From: Candidatus Omnitrophota bacterium
GTDB lineage: Bacteria; Omnitrophota; Gorgyraeia; Gorgyraeales; Gorgyraeaceae
Length of the DNA stretch: 64,000 bases
Direction of reading: 5' to 3'
NCBI GenBank assembly: GCA_026387235.1
Contig: JAPLMD010000026.1
Location: forward strand, 973 to 64,972
Numbering within the stretch: the first letter of the stretch is position 1; each line of letters starts with the position of its first letter. Shown one piece after another: positions 19,398 to 29,043 of the stretch. Made by a program: the position numbers and the translations under genes. The notes beneath the pieces are model-generated. The model ran no database searches and was not told where the DNA came from. It saw only the letters and a program-made list of their open reading frames with translations.

Positions 19398-20843
19398 TTT
19401 TCCTAAAGAGATAAAAAACTTGTTTTTTATTATCACTGCAAATCCTTCAAATAACATCTTTATCTCGGGCAAGCAGGGATTTTTCATTAGGTGCATGATC
19501 CTGTGCATAAAGAATCTAGGATTGAAATAGACTTTCCTATATGCCTCTTTTATTGATTTCTCCAGAATAGGTAAATCCAATTGGTCTTTTAATATCTTTC
19601 CTTTCTTATTAAAATATTCGTCGTAATCGTATGAAAGTAATGTCTTATTTCTTTTCGCCTCATCGAATAACTGGCTGCCGGGCAGAGGGGTGAATATATT
19701 AAACGTCGTGTAGGTCGGGTTTAATTTTAGAGCAAAATTAATAGTTTTTTTAATCTCATCGACGGTTTCGCCCGGCATCCCTATCATGAATGATGCCTTG
19801 GCCGCAATTCCTATTTTCTTTGTGGAGTTAATTGCTTCCTCTGCCTGTTCTAAGGTCGTATATTTTTTTGCCTGCGTGTGCCACTTTTGTGTCCCGAAGT
19901 CTACTCCATATTTTATATTGCGGCATCCTGCTTTCCTCATAGCCAGCAACATCTCTTTGTCTACCGTATCCACCCTCGCATAGCAATTCCATGTAATCTT
20001 AATATCCTCGTGCAGCAATTTTTCGCAAAATTCCATTATCCTTTCTTTTGGCGCCGTAAGCACGTCGTCATAAAAACGGAAGTCGTGTATTCCAAAGTCG
20101 CGTATGCATGATTTTATTTCTTCAATAACGTTTGCGATTGAGCGGAATTTTACTCTATTTTTGAAACGACTGCCGGCTCTGCCGCAATACGTGCACTGGT
20201 ACGGACAACCTCTTGAAGAAAGGATGCCGGTTGACGGCAGTTGATAATAGTTACTTGGAATGGGGATATACCTACCCACATCTACTAAATGCCGCGCCGG
20301 AAAAGGCAAACTATCCAAATCTTCGATGGGTTCATGCAGGGGGTTTTGTATCACGGCGCCGGCCTCGCGCCAGACAAGGCCCCTGATATCAGGAACATCT
20401 ATTCCTATCACAAGGTCAGTAAACGACCTCTCTCCCTCTCCGTAAATTAAATAATCAAAGTTTTTGAACATCTCCAGGGTTTCTACCGGCAGGGCCGATG
20501 CGTGGGCTCCTCCGACAATTATCTTGGCCTTACTGTATTGCCGGATCAATCCTGCTATCCGATTTGCAGTTATAATGGAGTTAGTGTAGGCAGTCATACC
20601 GATAAAGTCAAAATTAGTATGCTGCAATGCATCTACTAAACGCTGTTCTGCGTCATTATGCAAGGCCATATCAATAAAAGAAACGCGCATCCCTTGCTTT
20701 TCTAAAAAAGAGGCGATATATAACAATCCCAGCTCTAATTCGTGACCACCGTAGTCTTTTCTAAAACTCCCTCCAAAATCTATGGATAAGCGCGCGGGAG
20801 GGCGGACAAGTAATATATTCTTAGTCATAGTCTCTGGATCCAA
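19392..20843 (-). CDS. B12-binding-domain radical SAM protein (class B radical SAM family)
   Basis: 483 aa. N-terminal Rossmann-like cobalamin-binding-type domain. CxxxCxxC motif SSRGCPYQCTYCGRAGSR. Confidence 0.8.
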   Translation of the reverse strand: MDPETMTKNILLVRPPARLSIDFGGSFRKDYGGHELELGLLYIASFLEKQGMRVSFIDMALHNDAEQRLVDALQHTNFDFIGMTAYTNSIITANRIAGLIRQYSKAKIIVGGAHASALPVETLEMFKNFDYLIYGEGERSFTDLVIGIDVPDIRGLVWREAGAVIQNPLHEPIEDLDSLPFPARHLVDVGRYIPIPSNYYQLPSTGILSSRGCPYQCTYCGRAGSRFKNRVKFRSIANVIEEIKSCIRDFGIHDFRFYDDVLTAPKERIMEFCEKLLHEDIKITWNCYARVDTVDKEMLLAMRKAGCRNIKYGVDFGTQKWHTQAKKYTTLEQAEEAINSTKKIGIAAKASFMIGMPGETVDEIKKTINFALKLNPTYTTFNIFTPLPGSQLFDEAKRNKTLLSYDYDEYFNKKGKILKDQLDLPILEKSIKEAYRKVYFNPRFFMHRIMHLMKNPCLPEIKMLFEGFAVIIKNKFFISLGKP

Positions 20844-23073
20844 TATCCTTTAATACGGCATTTGCTATGTTTTCAGCCAACAATTGATTGCCCTTCCTCG
20901 TGCAGTGACCAAAATCACTCCCAAAGTGATCAGTGAAATATTCGTCATAATTACCCTTCTCTAAGGCTGCTTTAAACACAGCTTCATTATCTACGAAGAT
21001 AATACCTTCTTTATCTTCAAAAATATTCTTTAGCGGCTCAAGCTTACGGCAAGGATACTGCACTACCACCAGTCTTATTTTTTTCTGCTCTAGGATTTCT
21101 CTAAGCTTTTGATAGTTATGAATTGTGTTCGCATAAGGCGATAACTTATCTGCCGTTTCCTCGTATCGTTTCTCACTCGACCCGGACTCTAATCTTTCTT
21201 GTGGTTGCGCATTGACTCTGTAATAGTCTCCCAATCCAAGATAGGTGCTGTAATTTCGCAGGCTTTTCTCAAGAGCCCCCTGTAACAATTCTTCCGCATC
21301 ATGCAATTTTCCCTGTTCTATATAAAGCCGGGCCAATTTAGCACATATCTCGTGATTCCCTGGGTTTATTTCTAAACCTTTTGTCCAGACCTGCTGGGCT
21401 TCTTGAAATCTTGTCGCTTCCTCATACAAGCTTCCTAATCTATAGTATGCACATGACTGCCTTGGGTTTATTGATATAGCCTTTACAAACATCTCTTCTG
21501 CTTCCCGGGATTTCCCTTTCGCTTCATAGCAACTACCGAGTCCAAGGCATAGCTCGTAATGTCTTGGATTCATTTTGAGCGCCTTTCGAAACATTTCTAC
21601 TGCTTCCTGGAATGCTGCTCCCCATCTATAATACAACGCAAATTGCTTATATATTTCATAGTGCCCCGGGTTTTGCTTAAGCGCTTTCCTAAGGATTCTT
21701 CTTGCCTCTAACCATCTTCCCATATTGATATAAAACTCACCCAGTGAAAAATACGCTTCATGACTCTTTGGGTTAATTGCAATAGCTCTTTTCAATATAT
21801 TTTCTGCGTCCTTGCTCCTTCCCGTAATTCTATAATGGCGCGCCAATTCATGATACGTATTAATCTTCTGAGGGTATAGTACGATAGCCCGCTGTAACAG
21901 CTCTTCTGCTTCTTTATACCTTCCTGCATCATGATAACCCGATCCTATTGCAACGCATGCTTCATCACTCTCCGGTTTTACAGCGATGAGCTTGTCGTAC
22001 ATCTCTTTTGCTTCCCGGGATTCTCCTCTTTTTACATAATAGAGCCCCAAGGTACAAATTGCTTTGTAATTTTCCGGATTAAGCTCAATAGCCCTCTGAA
22101 GTATATCCTCTGCTTTTTTGTACCTTCCTACTTTCATATAGTACTGACCACATAAAACATAAGCTGCATCGTTTGCGGGAGATATCTCTATGGTCTTTTG
22201 GATCAGCTCTTCTATATCCTGGAGGCGCCCCTCATTGAGATAATATCCACCCAATTCGTAATACGCATCAGTGTTTTGAGGGTTTATTGCAACAGCCTTT
22301 TGGAATAGTTCTTCTGCTTCTTTAAATCTCGCTGTCTCTGCATAGCACTTTCCTAATTCGAAATAGGCCGTATCATCTCCGGCGTCAGCCATGATAGCTT
22401 TTTTAAACATTTCTTCTGCTTCCAGGAATCTTGCTGAATCCAGATAATAACTGCCTAATTCAAGATAGGCTTTGTTATCGCCAGGGTTTATTGCAATGGC
22501 CTTTTGCAGCTTCTCCTCTTCTTTCTTAAACCTTACCGCCATAGAATGCGTTGTTAAAAAGAGGCCTTTTTCTCGCAGTTCTCCAAGTTTATTGGCGCTA
22601 TGCAGCCATAGAAGGTTCACAAGTTTATAGACTCTATATCCCTTCAAAAAAGATAATATTCGAGGAAAAGGCATACTCTCATAAGGAAGAATATCTGAGT
22701 CATTTATCCCCATCATCGTAATTACCATATCAGGATGGTATTTATTCAACTGATCGGGTAATCGTCTTAAAATATCTCTTGTGGTGATTCCGCTGACTCC
22801 TCCATTGATAACAACGAACTTAACCCCAATATTATTCTTATTCAGTATCTGCTGAAGCTGAGAAGGATAGGAGCCCTTTTTTGTGTGCGCTGTCGTAGAC
22901 TCACCTAAACAAAGAATACGATATGCCTTTCCTTCGCGAATAACCTTTTCATTTCTGTATTGCTGCAAAGATATGAGTGCCCAGCCCCCCAGTCGCAATC
23001 CTAGCTCAAGGATAATCACACATACAACTAACCCAATAAGTATTAAAATTACTTTTTCTCTAAGTCTCAGCAT
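20821..23073 (-). CDS. Membrane-anchored SGNH/GDSL-type hydrolase split by a ~450-aa TPR-repeat array
   Basis: 750 aa. N-terminal TM helix. SGNH block I CLGESTT, blocks II/III GGVSGITT / MMGINDSD. About 12 TPR repeats follow. The catalytic block V DFGHCT sits at the extreme C-terminus. Confidence 0.65.
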   Translation of the reverse strand: MLRLREKVILILIGLVVCVIILELGLRLGGWALISLQQYRNEKVIREGKAYRILCLGESTTAHTKKGSYPSQLQQILNKNNIGVKFVVINGGVSGITTRDILRRLPDQLNKYHPDMVITMMGINDSDILPYESMPFPRILSFLKGYRVYKLVNLLWLHSANKLGELREKGLFLTTHSMAVRFKKEEEKLQKAIAINPGDNKAYLELGSYYLDSARFLEAEEMFKKAIMADAGDDTAYFELGKCYAETARFKEAEELFQKAVAINPQNTDAYYELGGYYLNEGRLQDIEELIQKTIEISPANDAAYVLCGQYYMKVGRYKKAEDILQRAIELNPENYKAICTLGLYYVKRGESREAKEMYDKLIAVKPESDEACVAIGSGYHDAGRYKEAEELLQRAIVLYPQKINTYHELARHYRITGRSKDAENILKRAIAINPKSHEAYFSLGEFYINMGRWLEARRILRKALKQNPGHYEIYKQFALYYRWGAAFQEAVEMFRKALKMNPRHYELCLGLGSCYEAKGKSREAEEMFVKAISINPRQSCAYYRLGSLYEEATRFQEAQQVWTKGLEINPGNHEICAKLARLYIEQGKLHDAEELLQGALEKSLRNYSTYLGLGDYYRVNAQPQERLESGSSEKRYEETADKLSPYANTIHNYQKLREILEQKKIRLVVVQYPCRKLEPLKNIFEDKEGIIFVDNEAVFKAALEKGNYDEYFTDHFGSDFGHCTRKGNQLLAENIANAVLKDIGSRDYD

Positions 23074-23156
23074 AAACGACTTGCGGCAGTTAGATGTAAG
23101 GTGGAATTCTAAAATTACGATTATTCACGCTAGACCACATTTCCCTGGAGAGACAC

Positions 23157-24272
23157 TCACTCATGCGGCCAAATTTCATCCCAGTGTTGGCTTAGGTACT
23201 CGGCAATTGCTTCATTCCCCTGAGGAGTTAAATGTATTTGATTAAACAGGTTAACAAGATTCTGGCCGATGCGCTTATTTAAATCTATATATGGTACGCG
23301 CTCTTCTAACGCAACTTCTTCTAGAATTTTTCCGGCGTCGCTCATTAATTGCGGCAGCCTCTCCGCAGGCACCTTCACTAGCCTGTAAGCAATCCGCCTT
23401 TTCTCCTCGCTAGAATTTCTAGAATGCACCAGGGTAAGCGGGTTTATAAGCAAAACCTGCACGCCATTTTTTTTGGCCACGGTAACGATATTCCTGATAT
23501 TCCTTTTATAGACTAATTTTCCGTAATCTGTATCGCCCCCTTCGTTTGGCCTTAAGGTTTTCTCAACGACAGAGGCCATTTCTAGTTCTTCGGGAAAAAA
23601 TTCACGCAGATGGCGCCGCAAGGGTTTCATTGCTAACCAGAGATACGAATGGTTAGCCAGTGTTGCGAGTGCATTATGAGTCTCGAATTGAGAATATATT
23701 CTTTGCCATGATTGTCCATAAGAGGCCTTTCTGTTCAGATATGGCCAGGCCTTAATATCATTCCACGAATGATAAACAATAATCGCATCGGGATTGTAAT
23801 CTAATATCCGAGTGGACAAGTTTATGAGAGAATGGAACGTGGTGTATCCTGACACGCCGGCATTAACTATCTCAATATCACGGTCGGGGTATTTCGCTTG
23901 TAACTTCTTCTCAAGGATTGCACAAAAGCCAATATTATCATTCCCCGATCTGTTGAATACAGACGAACCACCCAATACAAAAACCCTGAAAGGGCGCGCG
24001 TCATCCGGATCGAATTCTTTCCCGCGGAAACCCAAAGAGTTTATATGAAGCTTTATCTTGCCGCAATTGATTTCTACGTTTGGCCGGAGGGTGTACTCTA
24101 GGAAGGGATGCCTTTCATACAAAAGCAGGTCTGGGCTGGTCCAGGCAAGAATATTCTTATGGCTTAAAAAAAAGAAGGCCCTCAATGCCAGCTCACACAA
24201 CAACAAGGTCAGAAATAATGCTACGCAAAACTTGATACATATCTTCCTGTTCAGCATATACTTAATATCCAT
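23157..24272 (-). CDS. SGNH/GDSL-like hydrolase (probable glycan O-acyl esterase/transferase), N-terminal TM anchor
   Basis: 371 aa. FVLGGSSV (block I), NAGVSGYTT (II), YHSWNDI (III), IHLTPQGNEAIAEY (V-like). Confidence 0.55.
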   Translation of the reverse strand: MDIKYMLNRKICIKFCVALFLTLLLCELALRAFFFLSHKNILAWTSPDLLLYERHPFLEYTLRPNVEINCGKIKLHINSLGFRGKEFDPDDARPFRVFVLGGSSVFNRSGNDNIGFCAILEKKLQAKYPDRDIEIVNAGVSGYTTFHSLINLSTRILDYNPDAIIVYHSWNDIKAWPYLNRKASYGQSWQRIYSQFETHNALATLANHSYLWLAMKPLRRHLREFFPEELEMASVVEKTLRPNEGGDTDYGKLVYKRNIRNIVTVAKKNGVQVLLINPLTLVHSRNSSEEKRRIAYRLVKVPAERLPQLMSDAGKILEEVALEERVPYIDLNKRIGQNLVNLFNQIHLTPQGNEAIAEYLSQHWDEIWPHE

Positions 24273-24315
24273 AGAAACCAGTATTGATAATTATACTACA
24301 AAAGGTTAAAACACA

Positions 24316-25233
24316 TCAATCTTTAAACGCAAAAACTTTTCTCAGCCCTTCTTCTATGTCAGCGGGATGATAGCCGATATCTCGCGCGGCCTCTTCGAAA
24401 TTGAAATTTGCATCCATTGTTACGCCCAGGATAGTATCCCTGTTCAAAATAGGATTTTTTACAAATAGAGCTATTATAGCTGTGATAAAGTTACAAAGCC
24501 ATAGCGGGATCCCGACCAGCGGCTTATTGATCCCGAAAGTACGACATATGAGCCTGGTATATTCCCACATGCTCATATCAATACCACCGCTGAAATTGTA
24601 TGTCTTTCCGTAGGTTACAGGTTTGTCAATGATCATCTCCAAACCATCAACAATATCTTCCACCCATACAGGGCGCTTTCTGGCTTTGCCCATGCCTATG
24701 ACGGGCGCAATAAAGGGAAATCGGCGAAGATAATTTGCGTACAAATTGAACTCCTGGCCACCTCCCGCGCCATATAAGAGTGTCGGCCGAATAATAGTGA
24801 ACCTTGTTTTCCCGGGCCTCTTCATTAAGGCTTCCGATCTAAGCTTAGATTCGCCATAGGTAGTCCTTTTGATATATGCTGCGGCTGCTGCGGAAATATA
24901 AACAAAATGCTCCACCCCAGCCTCGACGGCTGCATTGACGAGATTTTCCGTCCCTTGATAATTTACTTTGTGAAAAAGTTCCTTATTGCCGGAAACAAGC
25001 ACGGCTGCCAGATGGAAAACCGTCTTTACTCCTTCTAAACAAGGCCGCAATGTCCCCGGCGCCGTGATATCTCCTTTCACCATCTCGCAGTTTACCCCAT
25101 GCAATTTAGAAAGCAACGGATCATCATCGATGACCATTGCCCGAACGCTGTATCCGGATTCGCACAGCCTTCGTACCAATCTGTTACCGATAAAGCCGGT
25201 AGCGCCAGTGACTAAAATTATTTTTTCACTCAT
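24316..25233 (-). CDS. NAD-dependent sugar epimerase/dehydratase (extended SDR)
   Basis: 305 aa. VTGATGFIGNRLVRRL Rossmann motif. YxxxK-type region. Confidence 0.7.
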   Translation of the reverse strand: MSEKIILVTGATGFIGNRLVRRLCESGYSVRAMVIDDDPLLSKLHGVNCEMVKGDITAPGTLRPCLEGVKTVFHLAAVLVSGNKELFHKVNYQGTENLVNAAVEAGVEHFVYISAAAAAYIKRTTYGESKLRSEALMKRPGKTRFTIIRPTLLYGAGGGQEFNLYANYLRRFPFIAPVIGMGKARKRPVWVEDIVDGLEMIIDKPVTYGKTYNFSGGIDMSMWEYTRLICRTFGINKPLVGIPLWLCNFITAIIALFVKNPILNRDTILGVTMDANFNFEEAARDIGYHPADIEEGLRKVFAFKD

Positions 25234-25249
25234 CGTGATATTAAAGTTT

Positions 25250-26866
25250 TTATTCCCTCGGGCTGAAACGGTATATATTAATGCCCCTTACTTCCTTAGC
25301 AAGTGTAAGTTTATAATGGGTATTTAACTTGTCGATAAACACCCGTTTGCCATAGGCAATACCTGCCCACCGACTTATGAGCACCCAAATCTGCCGATGT
25401 GATTTTATAATATCTTCACGTTGCATAACTTTTTTATCAAAATCGCTCACAATATAGTCTAAGTTATGCATCATGTTCAAACCAGAACCGGGATTCCGGT
25501 ACTCGTCTTTTCCTGTGTCGCGTTCGCTACCAAGAGTTATAATAAAATGATCTTTGTACAGGAACGATTCCTGCCAGCGGTCGGCTTCAAATTTACCAAA
25601 AATGAGTATATCCTTTAAAGCCGCCTGGTCAGCGTCGCCTAAATAATACATAAACGAAACTACTTCTTTTGTTGTAGCTATAATGAAAATATCATCGACT
25701 TTTAACTCATGCCCCTTGACGAAATGCACGGCCTTTTCCCAATCGACATTGATTTTGGCGCTGTACATCGTCCTTAAAGGGACGATGTTTAACAATAGGA
25801 TAGCGACAAGAATGACCCCAGAAATCAATTGGCGCCTATAGTAAATCCCTCTGGCAACGATCAGATAGAATGCGGGTAAGAAAAATAAGAAATTCTTGAT
25901 AAGATACACAGGGGAAAAAAGATAAGAAAATACTAAACTCAAGGCAATAGGCAGGGCTAACCATATAACCACAAATGCTTGACGACTATTAGGTTCCTGA
26001 CTCATAATGATAAAGAGGCCCCGTACGAAAAAAATCCCAAACATCAGCATTAATGCGCCAGCAATTACCGGCGGGAAAGATGTATTTTCTAAAGAACTAA
26101 GGCCGTAGGCCGGTCCCCCGTAAGTAAATGTGCTGAATGTGTCTATTAAACTCTGCATAGCAGGCGGCCGTACCCACCATAGTATTGCCTTAAAATTATT
26201 TCTCCCCGCAAACAATATCCATACCCATAATCCTAAAAAAAGTACTAAGGGTAATTGAAAGGAGAGCCATTGCTTTAATTGCTCGATCTTGATCGAGCGA
26301 CGCGCGTAGATGACATAAAAAAATTGCACGAGGACAGCAGAGATACCGAATGGATGCGTGCAGACGGCCAAGATATTGAGCAATAAGTTGGCGCCCAGCA
26401 TACATGGCTTCTTCTTTTCAAAAAAATCAATAAAGAAAATAAAGGAAAGAAGAACCAAAATAGTAAGCAGGCCGTAGTGTTTGACCTGCTGAGAATGATA
26501 AATGTCAAAACATGAAATTGATAAAAGAAATGATGCGATCAGCGCTGAGCCGGTATTAAACAACCTTTTACCCAATTTATAGGTCAAAAAAATGGCCAAG
26601 ATCCCAAGCATGACTGACAATAGCCGAGTGGCAAAAATCCCCATCCCAAAAGCCGCTATCCAAACCTTCAATAAAATAATATACGGTATCTTATAATTAG
26701 CGACTGAATGAAGCATAAAATCAAACCCTTTGAGCGCATGCGCAAAGAAGCCTATTTCATCATACCAGAGCGGTTTTGCAGTAAGCCCATATAATCGCAG
26801 TATCGCGCCCAGGAGCATGACCGAAAAAAGGATAACAGGAACCCTGATTTTCAATAATTTAGCCAT
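25250..26866 (-). CDS. GT-C fold membrane glycosyltransferase, ArnT/PMT (GT39/GT83)-like
   Basis: 538 aa. Polytopic. N-terminal region LYGLTAKPLWYDEIGFFAHAL resembles the ArnT/PMT loop-1 Asp/Glu motif. Confidence 0.6.
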   Translation of the reverse strand: MAKLLKIRVPVILFSVMLLGAILRLYGLTAKPLWYDEIGFFAHALKGFDFMLHSVANYKIPYIILLKVWIAAFGMGIFATRLLSVMLGILAIFLTYKLGKRLFNTGSALIASFLLSISCFDIYHSQQVKHYGLLTILVLLSFIFFIDFFEKKKPCMLGANLLLNILAVCTHPFGISAVLVQFFYVIYARRSIKIEQLKQWLSFQLPLVLFLGLWVWILFAGRNNFKAILWWVRPPAMQSLIDTFSTFTYGGPAYGLSSLENTSFPPVIAGALMLMFGIFFVRGLFIIMSQEPNSRQAFVVIWLALPIALSLVFSYLFSPVYLIKNFLFFLPAFYLIVARGIYYRRQLISGVILVAILLLNIVPLRTMYSAKINVDWEKAVHFVKGHELKVDDIFIIATTKEVVSFMYYLGDADQAALKDILIFGKFEADRWQESFLYKDHFIITLGSERDTGKDEYRNPGSGLNMMHNLDYIVSDFDKKVMQREDIIKSHRQIWVLISRWAGIAYGKRVFIDKLNTHYKLTLAKEVRGINIYRFSPRE

Positions 26867-27942
26867 AGCATTCTTGGTACAAGTGAAAGTAGCGCTTTCA
26901 AATTAAAAAATGTGGCGATTTGCAAGCTACACTCATAGGTACAACAGCATCTGGTGTCTTTGATTTCTTTTCTGAGCGACTCAGCATCCCGAGAAAACCA
27001 TAGCTTGCGAAAATCATAGCCGTAGGCCCTTATGCTGCCAAAGCCTCGCCCCATTATTTCACAAGGGTAAACGTTTAATGAACTATCGATTATGCACAAC
27101 AATCTTCCTGCGTAGCAGGGAAATAGATACCGGTTTTGATTTGTGATTTGCGCAATCATTTCTGAGATCTTGGATTTGTAGGCGGAGTAAAATCTATAAT
27201 ATAGATTCGTCTGTTTATTTTTTTTAGCCAATAAAAAAGAGAGGACTCTTCTATATAATTTAAGATAATTCACTGCATCTACTTCTTTAATTTTTGGGTC
27301 TCTGACGTTGCCTCTTGCGAAGCTTAGGCTAATCATATCGGGGTTAAGTTTTTCTTCTATGTAATCCAGCGTTTCAGGTAAATCTTCTTGGTTAAGAGCG
27401 GAATAGGTAATGATTATTCCAACTTTGAAATAGGGATTTGTCTTTTTTAATTTCACCAGCCCATGGTAGGTATCAACAGCTTTTAAGAACGCCCCTCGCG
27501 CGCCTCTTATCGCATCATGTTTTTCTTCCAGGCCGTCGAGCGATATTTTTACGGCGAGATCGACGTTCCTGATATTTCTTAATATGTTCTCGGTAGTCCT
27601 CAATATCCGTTCTGTAAAAAATCCATTTGTGGGGATACTTACGTTTGAGACAGAGTTGTTCTTATTGAAAATTTTTATTATCTCCGGGATGTCGTCCCTC
27701 AAAAAAGGCTCTCCTCCGGTCAGCGTCAAGAAACTAAAGCGCCCTAATGACTTTGAAAACCTGTCTATTTCTTCCAGAGTAGCTTCATTAGTTTCTTTGT
27801 TGAGATTGGCCCAATAAAAACAATGCGCGCATGCTAAATTACACTTATCGGTTATAAAAAATATAACTTGTTCGGGCATACGCCATGCGCATATAGGAAA
27901 TAAAATTTTACCAGCCCATCTAATTTTTTCGCGAAATCTCAT
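26851..27942 (-). CDS. Radical SAM protein with C-terminal SPASM/twitch-like Cys cluster
   Basis: 363 aa. ITDKCNLACAHCFY (CxxxCxxC). C-terminal ...YPCEIMGRG...RCCCTYECSLQ. Confidence 0.7.
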   Translation of the reverse strand: MRFREKIRWAGKILFPICAWRMPEQVIFFITDKCNLACAHCFYWANLNKETNEATLEEIDRFSKSLGRFSFLTLTGGEPFLRDDIPEIIKIFNKNNSVSNVSIPTNGFFTERILRTTENILRNIRNVDLAVKISLDGLEEKHDAIRGARGAFLKAVDTYHGLVKLKKTNPYFKVGIIITYSALNQEDLPETLDYIEEKLNPDMISLSFARGNVRDPKIKEVDAVNYLKLYRRVLSFLLAKKNKQTNLYYRFYSAYKSKISEMIAQITNQNRYLFPCYAGRLLCIIDSSLNVYPCEIMGRGFGSIRAYGYDFRKLWFSRDAESLRKEIKDTRCCCTYECSLQIATFFNLKALLSLVPRMLWLNY

Positions 27943-27951
27943 TGTGAATTA

Positions 27952-29043
27952 TCAATATTTTTTCTGAAAGATGAAAAAATCGATCCCCCCGTGAAGCAGC
28001 CCGAAAAAGGCGAATAACATGTCTAGATAAAAAATGCCTATCCATGCGGAACAAAACGGCCAACCTTTAATCTTCGACAGTGACAACAGGTATTTTAAAT
28101 TTATTAATATGAATACAAGCATGAGTGATAAAAATAAGGCTAGATAATGCATCTTAAAATTCAAAAAAGTATAAATACCGAAGCTAAAAATAACAAACGA
28201 CAGGACAAAACTTATAACAAGAGATGGATTGGCCTTTTGCCCCGAACTTACGGGAATAAATGGAGCCCGCCCGGGGTTCCTTGGGCGGAATTTTGTAAAT
28301 CTGATTCTTAAGAAGAATTTAACCATATTGAAACTCACGATATAGGCGCGCTTTAATAGGGATTTTAAGGAATATCTTTTCAGGTGCATTGCGGTCAAAT
28401 TCCTGTTTAGCACTACCAAATTCCCTGACTCAAAAAGCCTATATCCCAAATCGTTATCTTCAACTGTCGCTCCCGGAATTTTAGCGTCAAATCCACCGAC
28501 CTCAAAAAAAGCCTGCCTTCTTATCGCAAAACAATAGGTTGCTATTATATTTACGCAGTCACTTTCATCCCATCGGTTTTTATAATTATTAAAATAATCC
28601 TTGTACTGGGTAATGATATTCTTGGGCATGCTCTCTTGGAAATACCTGCCCTGGACCGCTTGCGCGGCAGGATGATCCTGGAGCATCTTTAGTATCTCTG
28701 ACAACGCATTATCTGCCACTATTACATCTGAGTCCAGAAAGAATAGTATGTCTCCGGAGGCCTGCTCAGCACCGCGATTTCTGGCAAAAGCAGCCCCTCT
28801 ATGCTTACCTAGCTTAATCAACTGACAGGGAAACCTCTCTGCAATCTCGGCTGTCCCGTCTTGCGAACAGTCATCGATCACAATCGCTTCATAATTATCA
28901 TTGTCTAGTTTTAGGATCGACTCAAGACACGTTGCAATAGTATCCTTCTGGTTATAGGTAATAACTATTACTGAAATTTTATGTTTTTGGCTCTGCATAT
29001 AGGTCTTGTTTTCATACTGCCTTGCGATCTCTGCGTGTTGCAT
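27952..29043 (-). CDS. Family 2 glycosyltransferase with C-terminal membrane domain
   Basis: 363 aa. SVIVITYN...VIDDCSQDGT (GT-A DxD region). FFLDSDV. C-terminal TM helices. Confidence 0.75.
   Translation of the reverse strand: MQHAEIARQYENKTYMQSQKHKISVIVITYNQKDTIATCLESILKLDNDNYEAIVIDDCSQDGTAEIAERFPCQLIKLGKHRGAAFARNRGAEQASGDILFFLDSDVIVADNALSEILKMLQDHPAAQAVQGRYFQESMPKNIITQYKDYFNNYKNRWDESDCVNIIATYCFAIRRQAFFEVGGFDAKIPGATVEDNDLGYRLFESGNLVVLNRNLTAMHLKRYSLKSLLKRAYIVSFNMVKFFLRIRFTKFRPRNPGRAPFIPVSSGQKANPSLVISFVLSFVIFSFGIYTFLNFKMHYLALFLSLMLVFILINLKYLLSLSKIKGWPFCSAWIGIFYLDMLFAFFGLLHGGIDFFIFQKKY

Noticed and set aside
26851-27942. RiPP biosynthetic cluster, i.e. precursor peptide next to the SPASM radical SAM enzyme
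   Set aside because: Intergenic gaps on both sides are about 10 nt or less, and no small ORF is present. The glycosylation context fits better than a RiPP.
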